Below are positions 17,496 through 26,696 of a stretch of 64,000 nt of DNA, piece by piece. Positions within the stretch are counted from its first letter, which is position 1; every line of letters starts with the position of its first letter. The DNA comes from an uncultured virus (IMG/VR IMGVR_UViG_3300043781_000019). Taxonomy: Duplodnaviria; Heunggongvirae; Uroviricota; Caudoviricetes; Herelleviridae. The notes under the pieces were generated by a model. It saw nothing but the letters and a program-made list of their open reading frames with translations. It did no database searches and was not told the origin of the DNA. A program made the position numbers and the translations under genes. The stretch is taken from the IMG/VR virus record IMGVR_UViG_3300043781_000019. One strand, given 5' to 3'.

Positions 17496-17855
17496 TCAAT
17501 AGAGACCACTAACATCATTGACAATAAACCCATTTGTGTAAATTTCCCCAACAATACCATCAATCCACGGATCTCCGCTAGGTTCATAGTTGTGTCCTGC
17601 ATATTGTCTTCTAATGTTAGCATTTCTAAGCATTAAGTCCATAGCATCTAACCGCTTAGGAACCATGTCAATTATTTTGCTAGTTTGGCTAGGGGTTAGC
17701 TTAGCAAGCTTATACATTACCCCCAACTGTTCAGCAGTTAGGTTAATGCGATTAATTGGTGCATAGGTTTCCCCTAAAAATAAGGTTCTTAAAGTGTCTT
17801 CCTTTACTGGTGCATACCCATCAGCAAGCATATCTTCTAACTTTTTGTATTGCAT
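17496..17855 (-). CDS. hypothetical early protein
   Basis: Start moved to the ATG at 17855 after the cassette RBS. Confidence 0.75.
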   Translation of the reverse strand: MQYKKLEDMLADGYAPVKEDTLRTLFLGETYAPINRINLTAEQLGVMYKLAKLTPSQTSKIIDMVPKRLDAMDLMLRNANIRRQYAGHNYEPSGDPWIDGIVGEIYTNGFIVNDVSGLY

Positions 17856-17974
17856 GATTCTCTTCCTTTCTTGACTCTGGATATACCTTAGCATGATTTG
17901 CATCCGTTGTCAACCTTTAATTCATATATTTACAGGATAGCTGCCATGGTTGCCATTAAGGCTAAATTGGTCAT

Positions 17975-18052
17975 GCTACAAGGAGCCATGCTACAAGGCC
18001 AAGCTACAAGGAGCCATGCTACATAGATAAGCTACAATGCCAAGCTACAAGG
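17975..18052. repeat. GCTACA array B (6 copies)
   Basis: GCTACA at 17975, 17990, 18003, 18018, 18031, 18044. Confidence 0.9.
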
Positions 18053-18081
18053 AACTAAAAAATAGCCACCCATTAGGGAGA

Positions 18082-18324
18082 CTATAATGTACCTAATATT
18101 TGCAAAAATTGAGGAAACCAAAAGATAATAGATAAGGCTAACCAAATACAAGCCATTGAGGTTGCCATAAATACAAGCCCAATTAATACTCCATACAGAC
18201 TCCTATATTCCTCTGCCATTAGTTTTATAGAGAGCACTAACGTTACAAAAGCTAAAGGTAGTAACAAAATACTAAGTATTAATCCAATAATTGATAAACT
18301 TAGTAGCCCAATTCTAACAGTCAT
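18082..18324 (-). CDS. two-TM membrane protein
   Basis: Two long hydrophobic segments. Confidence 0.75.
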   Translation of the reverse strand: MTVRIGLLSLSIIGLILSILLLPLAFVTLVLSIKLMAEEYRSLYGVLIGLVFMATSMACIWLALSIIFWFPQFLQILGTL

Positions 18325-18502
18325 TTGTGGTCACCTTCTATTCACTTCTTAGTTGAGTGCTAGATACCGCTAGTAGCTATACAGATAGAATAGTTACTCA
18401 TCACTTTAGATAGTATGCCTTACCAATACTATTTACATAGTTTACCTAGTAAAGGTGGCTTAAAATATTAATTGCGATACCACCGTCTGCTAAATATCAC
18501 GC

Positions 18503-18546
18503 TATCCTATAATTTATCCTAACATTTTATCCTAAGGGTTTATCCT
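18503..18546. repeat. TATCCT array B (4 copies, 12-13-bp period)
   Basis: TATCCT at 18503, 18515, 18528, 18541. Confidence 0.85.
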
Positions 18547-19294
18547 GTTTGTGTTCAGGAAGATTATCAATCTTTTTAATACTGTCAAAGGCATTCTTTT
18601 GATAAGATGATAGCTTTTCAACAGCATTAGCCCTATCTAGTTTCTTAATATGTTCATGATACTCTTCAATTCCATCTGATATGCCTTTAATACAGTCCTT
18701 GATGTAACTCTTGGTTGTATCGCAAAGGTCTGGGTATTTCATGATGCTAGGATCATTAACCATATTGATTGCAATAGGTAAAAGCGCGTCTAGTGTTATT
18801 GGTTTTCTTTTAGGCTCCTCATTTTGAAAACGAGACTTTCTCAGGGATGCTGGTATAGGATCACCATATAGTTGGTTCCCACCAAAATAGCAATCATTAA
18901 TATGTTTCAGGTCTGATAGAAATGGCCTAATAACTGTTCTTTCAAACCCGCCAGCGCAATCCCAATTATTTTTTTGACCTTTTAGTGCCATGTCTAACAT
19001 CTGTAAGGATTCCAGAATAGCCTTTTCGGCATGTTCCTCCATTGCTGATAGCCATAAATGGTAAGCAATTTCAAGCATCTTAGAAAGTCTAACTTTGAAA
19101 TAACCAGCAAGTGGGATAGGTGCTAAGGTTTCCTCACTGATAAAGTAGTTTAACTTATCTATTATTGGAACATAGGAACTGTATAGGTCAACTGATGTTC
19201 CCAAAAAGTCATCTGGGAGCAGAATAAAATAATGGGAGTGATGCTTGTTGTCAACGCAGGTACCCTGTGGCTGTGCATCTCCTAAGTATGCCAT
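18527..19294 (-). CDS. hypothetical protein
   Basis: 255-aa ORF, TAATG coupling. Confidence 0.8.
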   Translation of the reverse strand: MAYLGDAQPQGTCVDNKHHSHYFILLPDDFLGTSVDLYSSYVPIIDKLNYFISEETLAPIPLAGYFKVRLSKMLEIAYHLWLSAMEEHAEKAILESLQMLDMALKGQKNNWDCAGGFERTVIRPFLSDLKHINDCYFGGNQLYGDPIPASLRKSRFQNEEPKRKPITLDALLPIAINMVNDPSIMKYPDLCDTTKSYIKDCIKGISDGIEEYHEHIKKLDRANAVEKLSSYQKNAFDSIKKIDNLPEHKQDKPLG

Positions 19295-19641
19295 TACTTA
19301 AGCCTCTTTTCAATAGCTTCTCTTATGAAGGGCAATGCATCTTTATTACTAGCTATAAGTTTAACCAATCTACTCATTTCTTTATTATGCTGAGATCCTT
19401 TGTTAAACTTAAGATAAACTTTGATGACGTTAGAAATATCATCTGGGATATTAGCCATTTTCATTTGTAAGCACACTTTATAATACTTAATACTCATCAC
19501 ATGTCCTATTAACTTATTTGGCAAAGAAATATTTAATGCTTCAAAAGGATGCTTTTCCTCAACTGAGCAGTAGAGCACAAGCAAATACACAAGTGGCGTA
19601 GCAAGTAATAGTAAAAAAGCTATAAAAATAAAAGTAAACAA
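19294..19641 (-). CDS. membrane-anchored hypothetical protein
   Basis: N-terminal TM segment; GAGGTG RBS, TTG start. Confidence 0.7.
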   Translation of the reverse strand: MFTFIFIAFLLLLATPLVYLLVLYCSVEEKHPFEALNISLPNKLIGHVMSIKYYKVCLQMKMANIPDDISNVIKVYLKFNKGSQHNKEMSRLVKLIASNKDALPFIREAIEKRLK

Positions 19642-19663
19642 GGATATTCACCTCAGCTTTCTA

Positions 19664-19999
19664 CTAGTAATGAATCTCAAGAACAATAGCGTCATCTTCA
19701 TCTTGATTACAAGTATAGCCCAGTTTTTCTAGAGTTGCCTTAACATCTTTAACTGCTGCCATTATAGTAGGATTGGAAAATTGTTTAAAAAGAGTATCAA
19801 TAAGAGAATCACTTAACTCTGTTTTATAATCGGCATCTTGGTTAATAGTTACCTCTCTAGTGCCTTGTGGATCTCCATAGGGGTTGTTAATTAGAAAGTC
19901 AGAGACAACAACTTCTATAATTCTAGAAGCTTGCTTTTCCCTAGTGCTATCAATAAAGTGCAAAGCTTCGCTTGGTGTCATAATTTTACCTTTTTCCAT
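19664..19999 (-). CDS. hypothetical protein
   Basis: Operon member. Confidence 0.75.
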   Translation of the reverse strand: MEKGKIMTPSEALHFIDSTREKQASRIIEVVVSDFLINNPYGDPQGTREVTINQDADYKTELSDSLIDTLFKQFSNPTIMAAVKDVKATLEKLGYTCNQDEDDAIVLEIHY

Positions 20000-20000
20000 G

Positions 20001-20345
20001 TCATTTGCCTCCTAAATACTTGTCTACGTCTTCTTTACAAAATGCTGTTCCTACTCGTTTAAGATCATTATAGAAACAAATGGGTTCCCATTCTCCCTGA
20101 ATGTACCTTACCACATCATAAGTGGGCTTACCCTCTTCTGATCCAACTTCAACAATATCGCCTGAATAGTATTCTCTTTGCTTACCATCAAGTTGCTTTC
20201 CGAAAATACCTGTAGAAATTGCTAAAGCATGGTCACTATCATCATAGGTGCTTCCAAAGTAACCGCCTAACGGGTTAGCGGATAACCAGTAAGCTGGTTC
20301 TAACTTACCTAGTTTTTTGTTATAAATCATTAATTTAGTTGTCAT
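20001..20345 (-). CDS. YopX-like protein
   Basis: STG....DGKQREYYSGDIV pattern. Confidence 0.55.
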   Translation of the reverse strand: MTTKLMIYNKKLGKLEPAYWLSANPLGGYFGSTYDDSDHALAISTGIFGKQLDGKQREYYSGDIVEVGSEEGKPTYDVVRYIQGEWEPICFYNDLKRVGTAFCKEDVDKYLGGK

Positions 20346-20815
20346 TAGCTAACCTTCTCGACATATCCTGATACTTGCTTAGCAATTTTTTCTGCTTCGT
20401 CCCTAGTATAAGTTCCCGCCATCTTTTTGTCAACAGCATAGTAGGAATCTTCATAGTTATAGATATACTGTTTATTTGATTTTTGGTTGCTAGAAGCATA
20501 AGGATAATAGGGGCTGTAAGGGTTACCTTTTAACATATAAACTCGGTATTCGTCTTCACTATAGTTGCGCTTAATGTAACTTATTTGGTTTTCTTGCTTT
20601 CCTACTTGTTCCTCAAGATCAACAACCCTATGCAAGCCAAGAATTCCAATAAAGAAGTTCATAGCAAAGGCAAAAGTAAGTGAAAATATAAGAAACCCTC
20701 GCCCCTTAAAATCCTTGTCTATGGAAGCATAGAATAGATAGCCTAGCATTCCAGACACAAAAATGGTTTGAACTATAGTAATTATAATACTTTTCATACT
20801 ATTCCCTCCAATCAA
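20345..20815 (-). CDS. two-TM membrane protein
   Basis: Hydrophobic N-half; likely start MKSIII after GGAGG. Confidence 0.75.
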   Translation of the reverse strand: MIGGNSMKSIIITIVQTIFVSGMLGYLFYASIDKDFKGRGFLIFSLTFAFAMNFFIGILGLHRVVDLEEQVGKQENQISYIKRNYSEDEYRVYMLKGNPYSPYYPYASSNQKSNKQYIYNYEDSYYAVDKKMAGTYTRDEAEKIAKQVSGYVEKVS

Positions 20816-21113
20816 TTAAATCTGGCTTATTGTCAACCAGATAAAAGGCAAACCTATCTGGCTGGGTCTGCATGTGCGTTCCTTTACTTAGACGCTTATA
20901 GCGTTTCTTGCTATAGGGATATTTAAATCCCATTGTCTCCAAGACAGTAACCATGTCCTCATCTGTGCAAGATTTAGGTAGGCTTTTTAATAGGCCATCA
21001 CGATCCCGTGGTTTCTTGTTTTTACTAAAACGATTAACAATTAACTTTAACTTATTTTCGTTCAAAGGTCTCACCTCATTATTTACTATATACTTGTCTT
21101 TCCTAAAAGTCAA
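20799..21113 (-). CDS. hypothetical basic protein
   Basis: Overlaps both neighbours in the operon; start uncertain. Confidence 0.65.
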   Translation of the reverse strand: MTFRKDKYIVNNEVRPLNENKLKLIVNRFSKNKKPRDRDGLLKSLPKSCTDEDMVTVLETMGFKYPYSKKRYKRLSKGTHMQTQPDRFAFYLVDNKPDLIDWRE

Positions 21114-22591
21114 CCTTTAAAGTTACCACGGATTTTAAATAGTTTTACAACCATTAGAAAAGTAGTGAACAGGGTCAAGTAGGTTAACACGGTAAACCCA
21201 CTAGAAATGTAGGGGCTAATAGCATCTAACGCTGTGGCACTAGATAACCAGCCAAAGTGTAACCCTAGCACAATTCCAATAAGCAGAAGCACCATTGCAA
21301 TAATACCAACATGACTACTTTTTAGGGAACCTGATTCTGCAAGTTCCTGCATCCTCCAGCCATCACTCTTGTCAACCTTAGCCAAGTTCTTCCATGCACG
21401 ATAATGGACGTAAGCGTCAAACCAAATCTGTACTTCTGGGGAAATGGTTGTGACACTAAGCAGAACATCAATGAATCGTTTGTTAGGAACCTTAAGGGAA
21501 ACAATAAGGTTTAAGATCATACTTAGAGCCAAAGGCAATGCCCAAATCCATGACCACTTGAATCTATTTAAAGCTAGTGATGCCGGAATAAGAATAAGTA
21601 ACCCTACCCGAATAGCTAAGTTCATCCAGATCGTAAGTTCCTCCCGCCAAATCTTTCTGGCATAGGCTGTGGATACACCAGCCTTAGTTACATAGTCAAG
21701 CTTACCAGTACTCCATTTAACTTGTTGATTAATGTAAGCACTCATTGTTTTCATACTGTCCACATAGCAGCGAGCAGATTCGCTAATACGAGGTACCCAC
21801 CCTAAAGCACGTAATTGCTGTGTTAATAGTAGATCCTCAGTATCTGTTTCAGTTGAGTAAACACCATTAAGCTTGTAGCGTTGGTTAACTTCTTCAAGGG
21901 CTTCTGGACGGAACAGTGTGCATTGACCACCAAGAATGCTTGCAATATACCCATTATGCTTCTGTTCTAAAGTCCACTGAACAAAGCTTTTATTTTGCTG
22001 TGCTGTAATGAATCTTGCTAAGGCTCCCCCATGGTTGCTCTTAAGGTTAATAATTGATGTGCTCTTACTCTCTTTATACTTAGAAGTTGGTAATAAGCTA
22101 AGATAGTTAGCAGATACTCCAGCAATCTTATACTTCTGCTGCAACTCAGTCCATAGGGTAATCAGGCAATTGCTGTCCAAATAAACATCTGCATCAATCC
22201 CCATAAAAGCCACAATATTGGACACACACTGTTTCTGCTGCTTACCAATATCTTCTGCGTCAGTATCATGGTTTCCAAAGAACAGTTGGTACACTTGATT
22301 AAGCGCTCCAGCTTTGTGATCCTTATTGGAAATGGTATCCATTCCAAAAATATCTAGTCTATCAGCATAGCTTTTAACAACTTCCTCAGTATTATCTGTA
22401 CAGTTATCATAAGCAACAAACAGATTCAGCTTAGTGTCCTTAACTGTGACCAATTTAGAAATACTATCTAAGGTATCCCCAATTGATCCTGCTTCATTAT
22501 GAGCAGGCATAACAACAAATACCCGCTTAGATACATTGTCTGAAAAGATGCGATTATTCACCGCATCGTCATAGTTAACCTTTTTATACAT
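21110..22591 (-). CDS. membrane-integral processive family-2 glycosyltransferase (IcaA/PgaC/HasA-like)
   Basis: PAHNE, DNCTD, KAGALN, DAD, TED and QQVKW (QxxRW variant) motifs plus C-terminal TM helices; ATG at 22591 with GAGGAAGG RBS. Confidence 0.88.
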   Translation of the reverse strand: MYKKVNYDDAVNNRIFSDNVSKRVFVVMPAHNEAGSIGDTLDSISKLVTVKDTKLNLFVAYDNCTDNTEEVVKSYADRLDIFGMDTISNKDHKAGALNQVYQLFFGNHDTDAEDIGKQQKQCVSNIVAFMGIDADVYLDSNCLITLWTELQQKYKIAGVSANYLSLLPTSKYKESKSTSIINLKSNHGGALARFITAQQNKSFVQWTLEQKHNGYIASILGGQCTLFRPEALEEVNQRYKLNGVYSTETDTEDLLLTQQLRALGWVPRISESARCYVDSMKTMSAYINQQVKWSTGKLDYVTKAGVSTAYARKIWREELTIWMNLAIRVGLLILIPASLALNRFKWSWIWALPLALSMILNLIVSLKVPNKRFIDVLLSVTTISPEVQIWFDAYVHYRAWKNLAKVDKSDGWRMQELAESGSLKSSHVGIIAMVLLLIGIVLGLHFGWLSSATALDAISPYISSGFTVLTYLTLFTTFLMVVKLFKIRGNFKG

Positions 22592-22640
22592 ATCTGCCCT
22601 TCCTCTCTTGGCGTAAAAAATACACTTACTAACAAAAGTA

Positions 22641-22669
22641 AGTGTAACATGAAAAGGCCATATTGTCAA
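22641..22669 (-). promoter_or_regulatory. sigma-A promoter for the GT2 gene
   Basis: TTGACA-N17-TACACT with extended TG. Confidence 0.75.
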
Positions 22670-22679
22670 CTAAAAGTAT

Positions 22680-23369
22680 CTAGTCAAATCCCTCATAAAA
22701 ATCCTTGCTAAAGTCCTCATCCTTCACTTCTGGTAACTTGCTAATAAGGCTTGCAAGTAGCACCTTAGTTTCACGACAAGGTGAGTATCCATACTTAGCA
22801 TACTTGAACATGCGGTTATAGGTTGCCAAAGGAAATGGAGGATACCCAGAAATTGATAAACGATGCATAACAAGGTCTTTAAAGAAATCCTCTTGATAAA
22901 ACACGTTACCAAACTTTGGCTCATAAGCAAACTTATCAACGTTAAAGTCAAATCGCATTATCAAATCAACAATATCCGTATGCCAGTTGTCAACAAATTC
23001 TAAGGTGTAGCCATGGTAGTGATAAGCTGTAACGTTTTTAGTGCTATAACTCTTACTTGCTGTCCCTTGCTCTACTTTACCATCAAAGAGACCCACAGCT
23101 TCGTTAAAGTCTATATCATTTTTAAAATAAACATCAAGGTCTCGTGGCTTTTTACCATTTAAAATATCTTTAAAGCATCCACCTGCTACATAGCCCTGCG
23201 TACCTGCTAGTAGTCCTTTGATAAAATGTAGCTGTGGGTAATTTCTGGCATCATCTGGAATAAATGTTTTTGCATATTCATTAGACTCATCAGCTGCCCA
23301 ATCTTCAAAGCTATCATAACTTGCCTTGTCATTGCCATCCAGCGCTTTATCTAACCAGGCTTCTGCCAT
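22680..23369 (-). CDS. nucleotidyltransferase (class II, poly(A)-pol/CCA head-like)
   Basis: YVAGGCFKD..G..PRDLDVYF and RFDF motifs. Confidence 0.8.
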   Translation of the reverse strand: MAEAWLDKALDGNDKASYDSFEDWAADESNEYAKTFIPDDARNYPQLHFIKGLLAGTQGYVAGGCFKDILNGKKPRDLDVYFKNDIDFNEAVGLFDGKVEQGTASKSYSTKNVTAYHYHGYTLEFVDNWHTDIVDLIMRFDFNVDKFAYEPKFGNVFYQEDFFKDLVMHRLSISGYPPFPLATYNRMFKYAKYGYSPCRETKVLLASLISKLPEVKDEDFSKDFYEGFD

Positions 23370-23386
23370 GCTATTTCTCCCCCTTT

Positions 23387-23845
23387 CTATCTTAGCTTTC
23401 TAAAGCAACTTGGTACATCCCAAGGAATAAATACGGCTTTTCCCTCAATAGGAATAAAAATTTTAATGTCCTTAAAATCTTGGTAGTGTTTAATTTGTCC
23501 AACGGTTCCTTTACTAATCGTATACATATGTCCTAAATCTTTGTAGGGAGCAATACTGGCTTTATAATCCTCTGTAAGTTCGCATAGGCCGTCTTCAGGG
23601 TCTTCTATACTAATTAGTCTATCAAGGTACCAGCGAGCTTTCTCAAGGTCCTCCTTACGCTTACCCTTATATGGGAAACGAGATAAATACTTAATAACAG
23701 TCCCAAGAATAAAGGACTCATCCCCTGAGATTCCCTCCATATTCGCAAACATGTTAATAACATCTATTGCTTCAATTGGTTTGCCATTCAATTTAAGTCC
23801 CTTGTTATAGTGTTCAGGGTGATTAACATTTTCGATAATAAGCAT
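23387..23845 (-). CDS. DUF3310 family protein
   Basis: VNHPEHY..EAIDVI..IKYLSR..KG..EDLEKARWYL. Confidence 0.85.
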   Translation of the reverse strand: MLIIENVNHPEHYNKGLKLNGKPIEAIDVINMFANMEGISGDESFILGTVIKYLSRFPYKGKRKEDLEKARWYLDRLISIEDPEDGLCELTEDYKASIAPYKDLGHMYTISKGTVGQIKHYQDFKDIKIFIPIEGKAVFIPWDVPSCFRKLR

Positions 23846-23856
23846 CTCCTCAAAAA

Positions 23857-24528
23857 TTATTTGCTTGGTAACCCAATATGATCTGAAACTGTCCTAGAGA
23901 ATGTCCTTCCGTCTTCATTGACCAGCAAAGTCCAAACAACGTTTAGCTTAGCACCTTGTGCCCCATGTTCCTTAAGGTCATCCTCCGTGATTCGGTATTT
24001 TTCTGTCCACCCATAACCATTAAGAATCGTCATTGACGTTTCATTTTCATTGATTCCTTCAACTTGGAATGGGATTGAATAGCTGTTTTCACTATTGACA
24101 TCAATACCGCCAGAAGGCAACTGTGAGTATGATTGTTCTAAGCTATCTTGTCGAATACCATTAGTGCTTACCTTATTAGAAACAATTGATACATCCGAAT
24201 AAATATTGTTTACTAAAACTCTAGCATTACTTGGAATACTGACTGTCTTTATTTGCAAGTTAATGTTAGATTGATAAGTGAAGTGCCAGTTGTTAGCAAG
24301 ATTCTTATTAATCATGTAGGTTGCAACGACTGGAATCTTAGTCCCCTGATAGTCAATTGTATGTTCTACAGAAACTGATTTCATTGGCTCATTTGTGGCA
24401 ACGACTTTTGTATTCTTGCCAATTTGAGCATCTGTTTCTGACTTAAGAGTAACATCACTGTCTTGATCACATGCTGAAATGCCTAAGGCAATAAGTGCAA
24501 CTGCAAAAACTGATACTAGCTTCTTCAT
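23857..24528 (-). CDS. lipoprotein
   Basis: Signal peptide ending in lipobox ISAC. Confidence 0.8.
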   Translation of the reverse strand: MKKLVSVFAVALIALGISACDQDSDVTLKSETDAQIGKNTKVVATNEPMKSVSVEHTIDYQGTKIPVVATYMINKNLANNWHFTYQSNINLQIKTVSIPSNARVLVNNIYSDVSIVSNKVSTNGIRQDSLEQSYSQLPSGGIDVNSENSYSIPFQVEGINENETSMTILNGYGWTEKYRITEDDLKEHGAQGAKLNVVWTLLVNEDGRTFSRTVSDHIGLPSK

Positions 24529-25007
24529 TGTTTCCCCTCCAGCAGCTCCGGATTCTCAAAAATATTCCCGATGACTTCGCACGTCTCAACACCACTTTGA
24601 AAAATGGTTGCAAGTGCATTTGCATCATAATTCCATGCTGCCGGTATGCCTGCTAAATCAAACGCTGGGTAGTCTTCATCGCCAAACCATTTTACGGTTG
24701 CTGCATATGATTCACCATCTTTCCCTGTTACTTTCAGAATATCTGACTCGTATATTTTTCGTTTGTTCTTGTCGTGCAAGCCGATGTACTCGCCTATTGA
24801 ATTAGGATCAATACTCCCTTGAAGATGCCGGTTAGGTAGACACCAATCAGTCATTTCGTCCCATAAAATAAACCACTCGGTATTGCTAGGGTTTTGATCA
24901 TAATCTTCCGAAGTTACATAAGTTGTTTTATTTTGCTTAACTAGCGACCCGTAATACCACCGTTTAGTATCTGGATCGTAGCCTCTGAACTCAATCTCTC
25001 GTTTCAT
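24525..25007 (-). CDS. YopX family protein
   Basis: REIEFRG..IGLHDKN..KIYESDIL..EVIGNIFENPELL. Confidence 0.9.
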   Translation of the reverse strand: MKREIEFRGYDPDTKRWYYGSLVKQNKTTYVTSEDYDQNPSNTEWFILWDEMTDWCLPNRHLQGSIDPNSIGEYIGLHDKNKRKIYESDILKVTGKDGESYAATVKWFGDEDYPAFDLAGIPAAWNYDANALATIFQSGVETCEVIGNIFENPELLEGKQ

Positions 25008-25018
25008 TTCTCAGCCTC

Positions 25019-25279
25019 CTATAAGATGTCTCCGTCTACCAGAAGCATTGTGGGCACCTTAGCGTCCAAATCTTCTTTAACCTCTTCATAGGTGAGACTA
25101 TCCATGTCTTCTGTTTTTGCAGAAGCAATATGATACAGTGCTTCTTCCCGGCTTAGATCTTTAAATTGTTCGGGGTCATCATTATCCCCATACATTTCAC
25201 GGTACAGTTTAAGAGCTTCCTTATTGTTGTTAGCAACGATTAAGCTATAGAAAGGTTCTTCTGTTCCGTAATATTTCAT
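25019..25279 (-). CDS. acidic temperate-phage-type hypothetical protein
   Basis: ATGA coupling. Confidence 0.8.
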   Translation of the reverse strand: MKYYGTEEPFYSLIVANNNKEALKLYREMYGDNDDPEQFKDLSREEALYHIASAKTEDMDSLTYEEVKEDLDAKVPTMLLVDGDIL

Positions 25280-25680
25280 TTTTCTTCCTCCAATTTCATG
25301 ATTTCTCCTGTCCCCTCAACGCGCCAGACACCTAGCACCCATGCACGGGCGAAAGTGTCAACGCTATCTTTGACGTCACTGAACCAGAACCAATCTTGCA
25401 CGCTTTCCCATTGAGTGCCATCCAATAAAAATGACGTACCCTCATCAAGCGCCTGAACCAAATCTCCACGATCATGCTTACGCATTATCAGGTATTTAGA
25501 AATCAGTTCTGGAATCACCGGCAGATCATCTGGCAAGGCGTTGTCATAGTCCTTCATATAGGCTTGTTTTTCCTCGTTAGTAAGCTCTTCACCAATTCCT
25601 TCACCGTCCAAGGCAATGTATGCATTTGCTAGTTCTTCGACTAAGCCCTCAAACACGTCCCGCTTCATATCGTGGTTCAT
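25276..25680 (-). CDS. DUF1642-like temperate-phage protein
   Basis: LPVIP..DTFARAWVLG. Confidence 0.7.
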   Translation of the reverse strand: MNHDMKRDVFEGLVEELANAYIALDGEGIGEELTNEEKQAYMKDYDNALPDDLPVIPELISKYLIMRKHDRGDLVQALDEGTSFLLDGTQWESVQDWFWFSDVKDSVDTFARAWVLGVWRVEGTGEIMKLEEEK

Positions 25681-25883
25681 AGCACACGCCTCCAGCCGGT
25701 AGTTTGAAACATTGCATAGGAATCGTCAGGGTTCTTCTTTTTTAAGTAATTAAGTTGAAGAACTGCTCGCTCACGGTTGAAGTAGATAGGCGATACACGG
25801 TGTGCATTTCCAAAATCAGACACCTTGGCCACGAAGTAACAAGCTCTCCCACCGCTTTTTAGGTTCACTTCTTGTTTATTCAT
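25677..25883 (-). CDS. hypothetical protein
   Basis: Translationally coupled. Confidence 0.7.
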   Translation of the reverse strand: MNKQEVNLKSGGRACYFVAKVSDFGNAHRVSPIYFNRERAVLQLNYLKKKNPDDSYAMFQTTGWRRVL

Positions 25884-26406
25884 CGTCAGTCACCTCTTCT
25901 TTTTCGCAGTCTTGCAAGCCGTAATGCTCGATCTCTGATTCGGTGAACTTTCCACGAAGTACTTTATCCGCTGGGCAAATAGTCAACAAATCTGTATCGC
26001 CAGACTTGTAATACCAAGCCTCTTTGGTATGTGGCACCTTGACGTTGTACTTCTTCTCCTTTTCCACGGTGTAGCCGTTGACGTAAGCATTCATCAGTAA
26101 CTCTTCTAAGCCATTAGAATTATCACAATGGTCAGTAATATACTTTGCTGGCCACGCAACATCATGTGTCTCCTTAATGACTTTGGCTTGTTCCTTGGTT
26201 AGGACTACCTTTTCAGGCTCCTCAACGAGCGTGACAACGTGGCCACCATTTGTATTTCTTTCTGCCCATCCAGTTGCTTCATCACGATCAGAAAACATGG
26301 TAAATATAAATCCTGTGCCGTTTTTCTTCTCGGGGTAAAACGCACCACTGCCATCTGACCACTCGCCATCATCGTTCTTAACTGCGTACATTTTTTCTTC
26401 ACTCAT
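25876..26406 (-). CDS. DUF1642-like temperate-phage protein
   Basis: EPEKVVL..AYVNGYTVEKEKKY..KFTESEI. Confidence 0.75.
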   Translation of the reverse strand: MSEEKMYAVKNDDGEWSDGSGAFYPEKKNGTGFIFTMFSDRDEATGWAERNTNGGHVVTLVEEPEKVVLTKEQAKVIKETHDVAWPAKYITDHCDNSNGLEELLMNAYVNGYTVEKEKKYNVKVPHTKEAWYYKSGDTDLLTICPADKVLRGKFTESEIEHYGLQDCEKEEVTDDE

Positions 26407-26471
26407 TTTTCTTCCTCTTTCCCTGTTTAGTTCTCTAACAGAGTATCATGTAACCTTGTAAAAGTCAATAG

Positions 26472-26696
26472 CTAATTATTCTTACTTTCTAGTAGCTTAG
26501 CTAAGCATTCTTTATATTCTTTTCCATATTTGCTAATGAACTTTCCTGCATCTACCTTAGACATCGACCAAACTTCATCTGCTGAGGGCAACTGGTGATC
26601 CCCACCAATAACTTCATCATAATCTGCCAAAGCTTGCCTAATTGTTAGCATAAATCGTAATTGCTTATCTGTTGCTTTTTCCATTTTACTTTCCAC
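26472..26696 (-). CDS. hypothetical protein
   Basis: ATDKQL..AGKFISKY pattern. Confidence 0.7.
   Translation of the reverse strand: MESKMEKATDKQLRFMLTIRQALADYDEVIGGDHQLPSADEVWSMSKVDAGKFISKYGKEYKECLAKLLESKNN

Noticed and set aside
22592..22669. N-terminal extension of the GT2 in the ORF track
   Set aside because: The TTG start is the -35 box of the promoter; the RBS points to the ATG at 22591.
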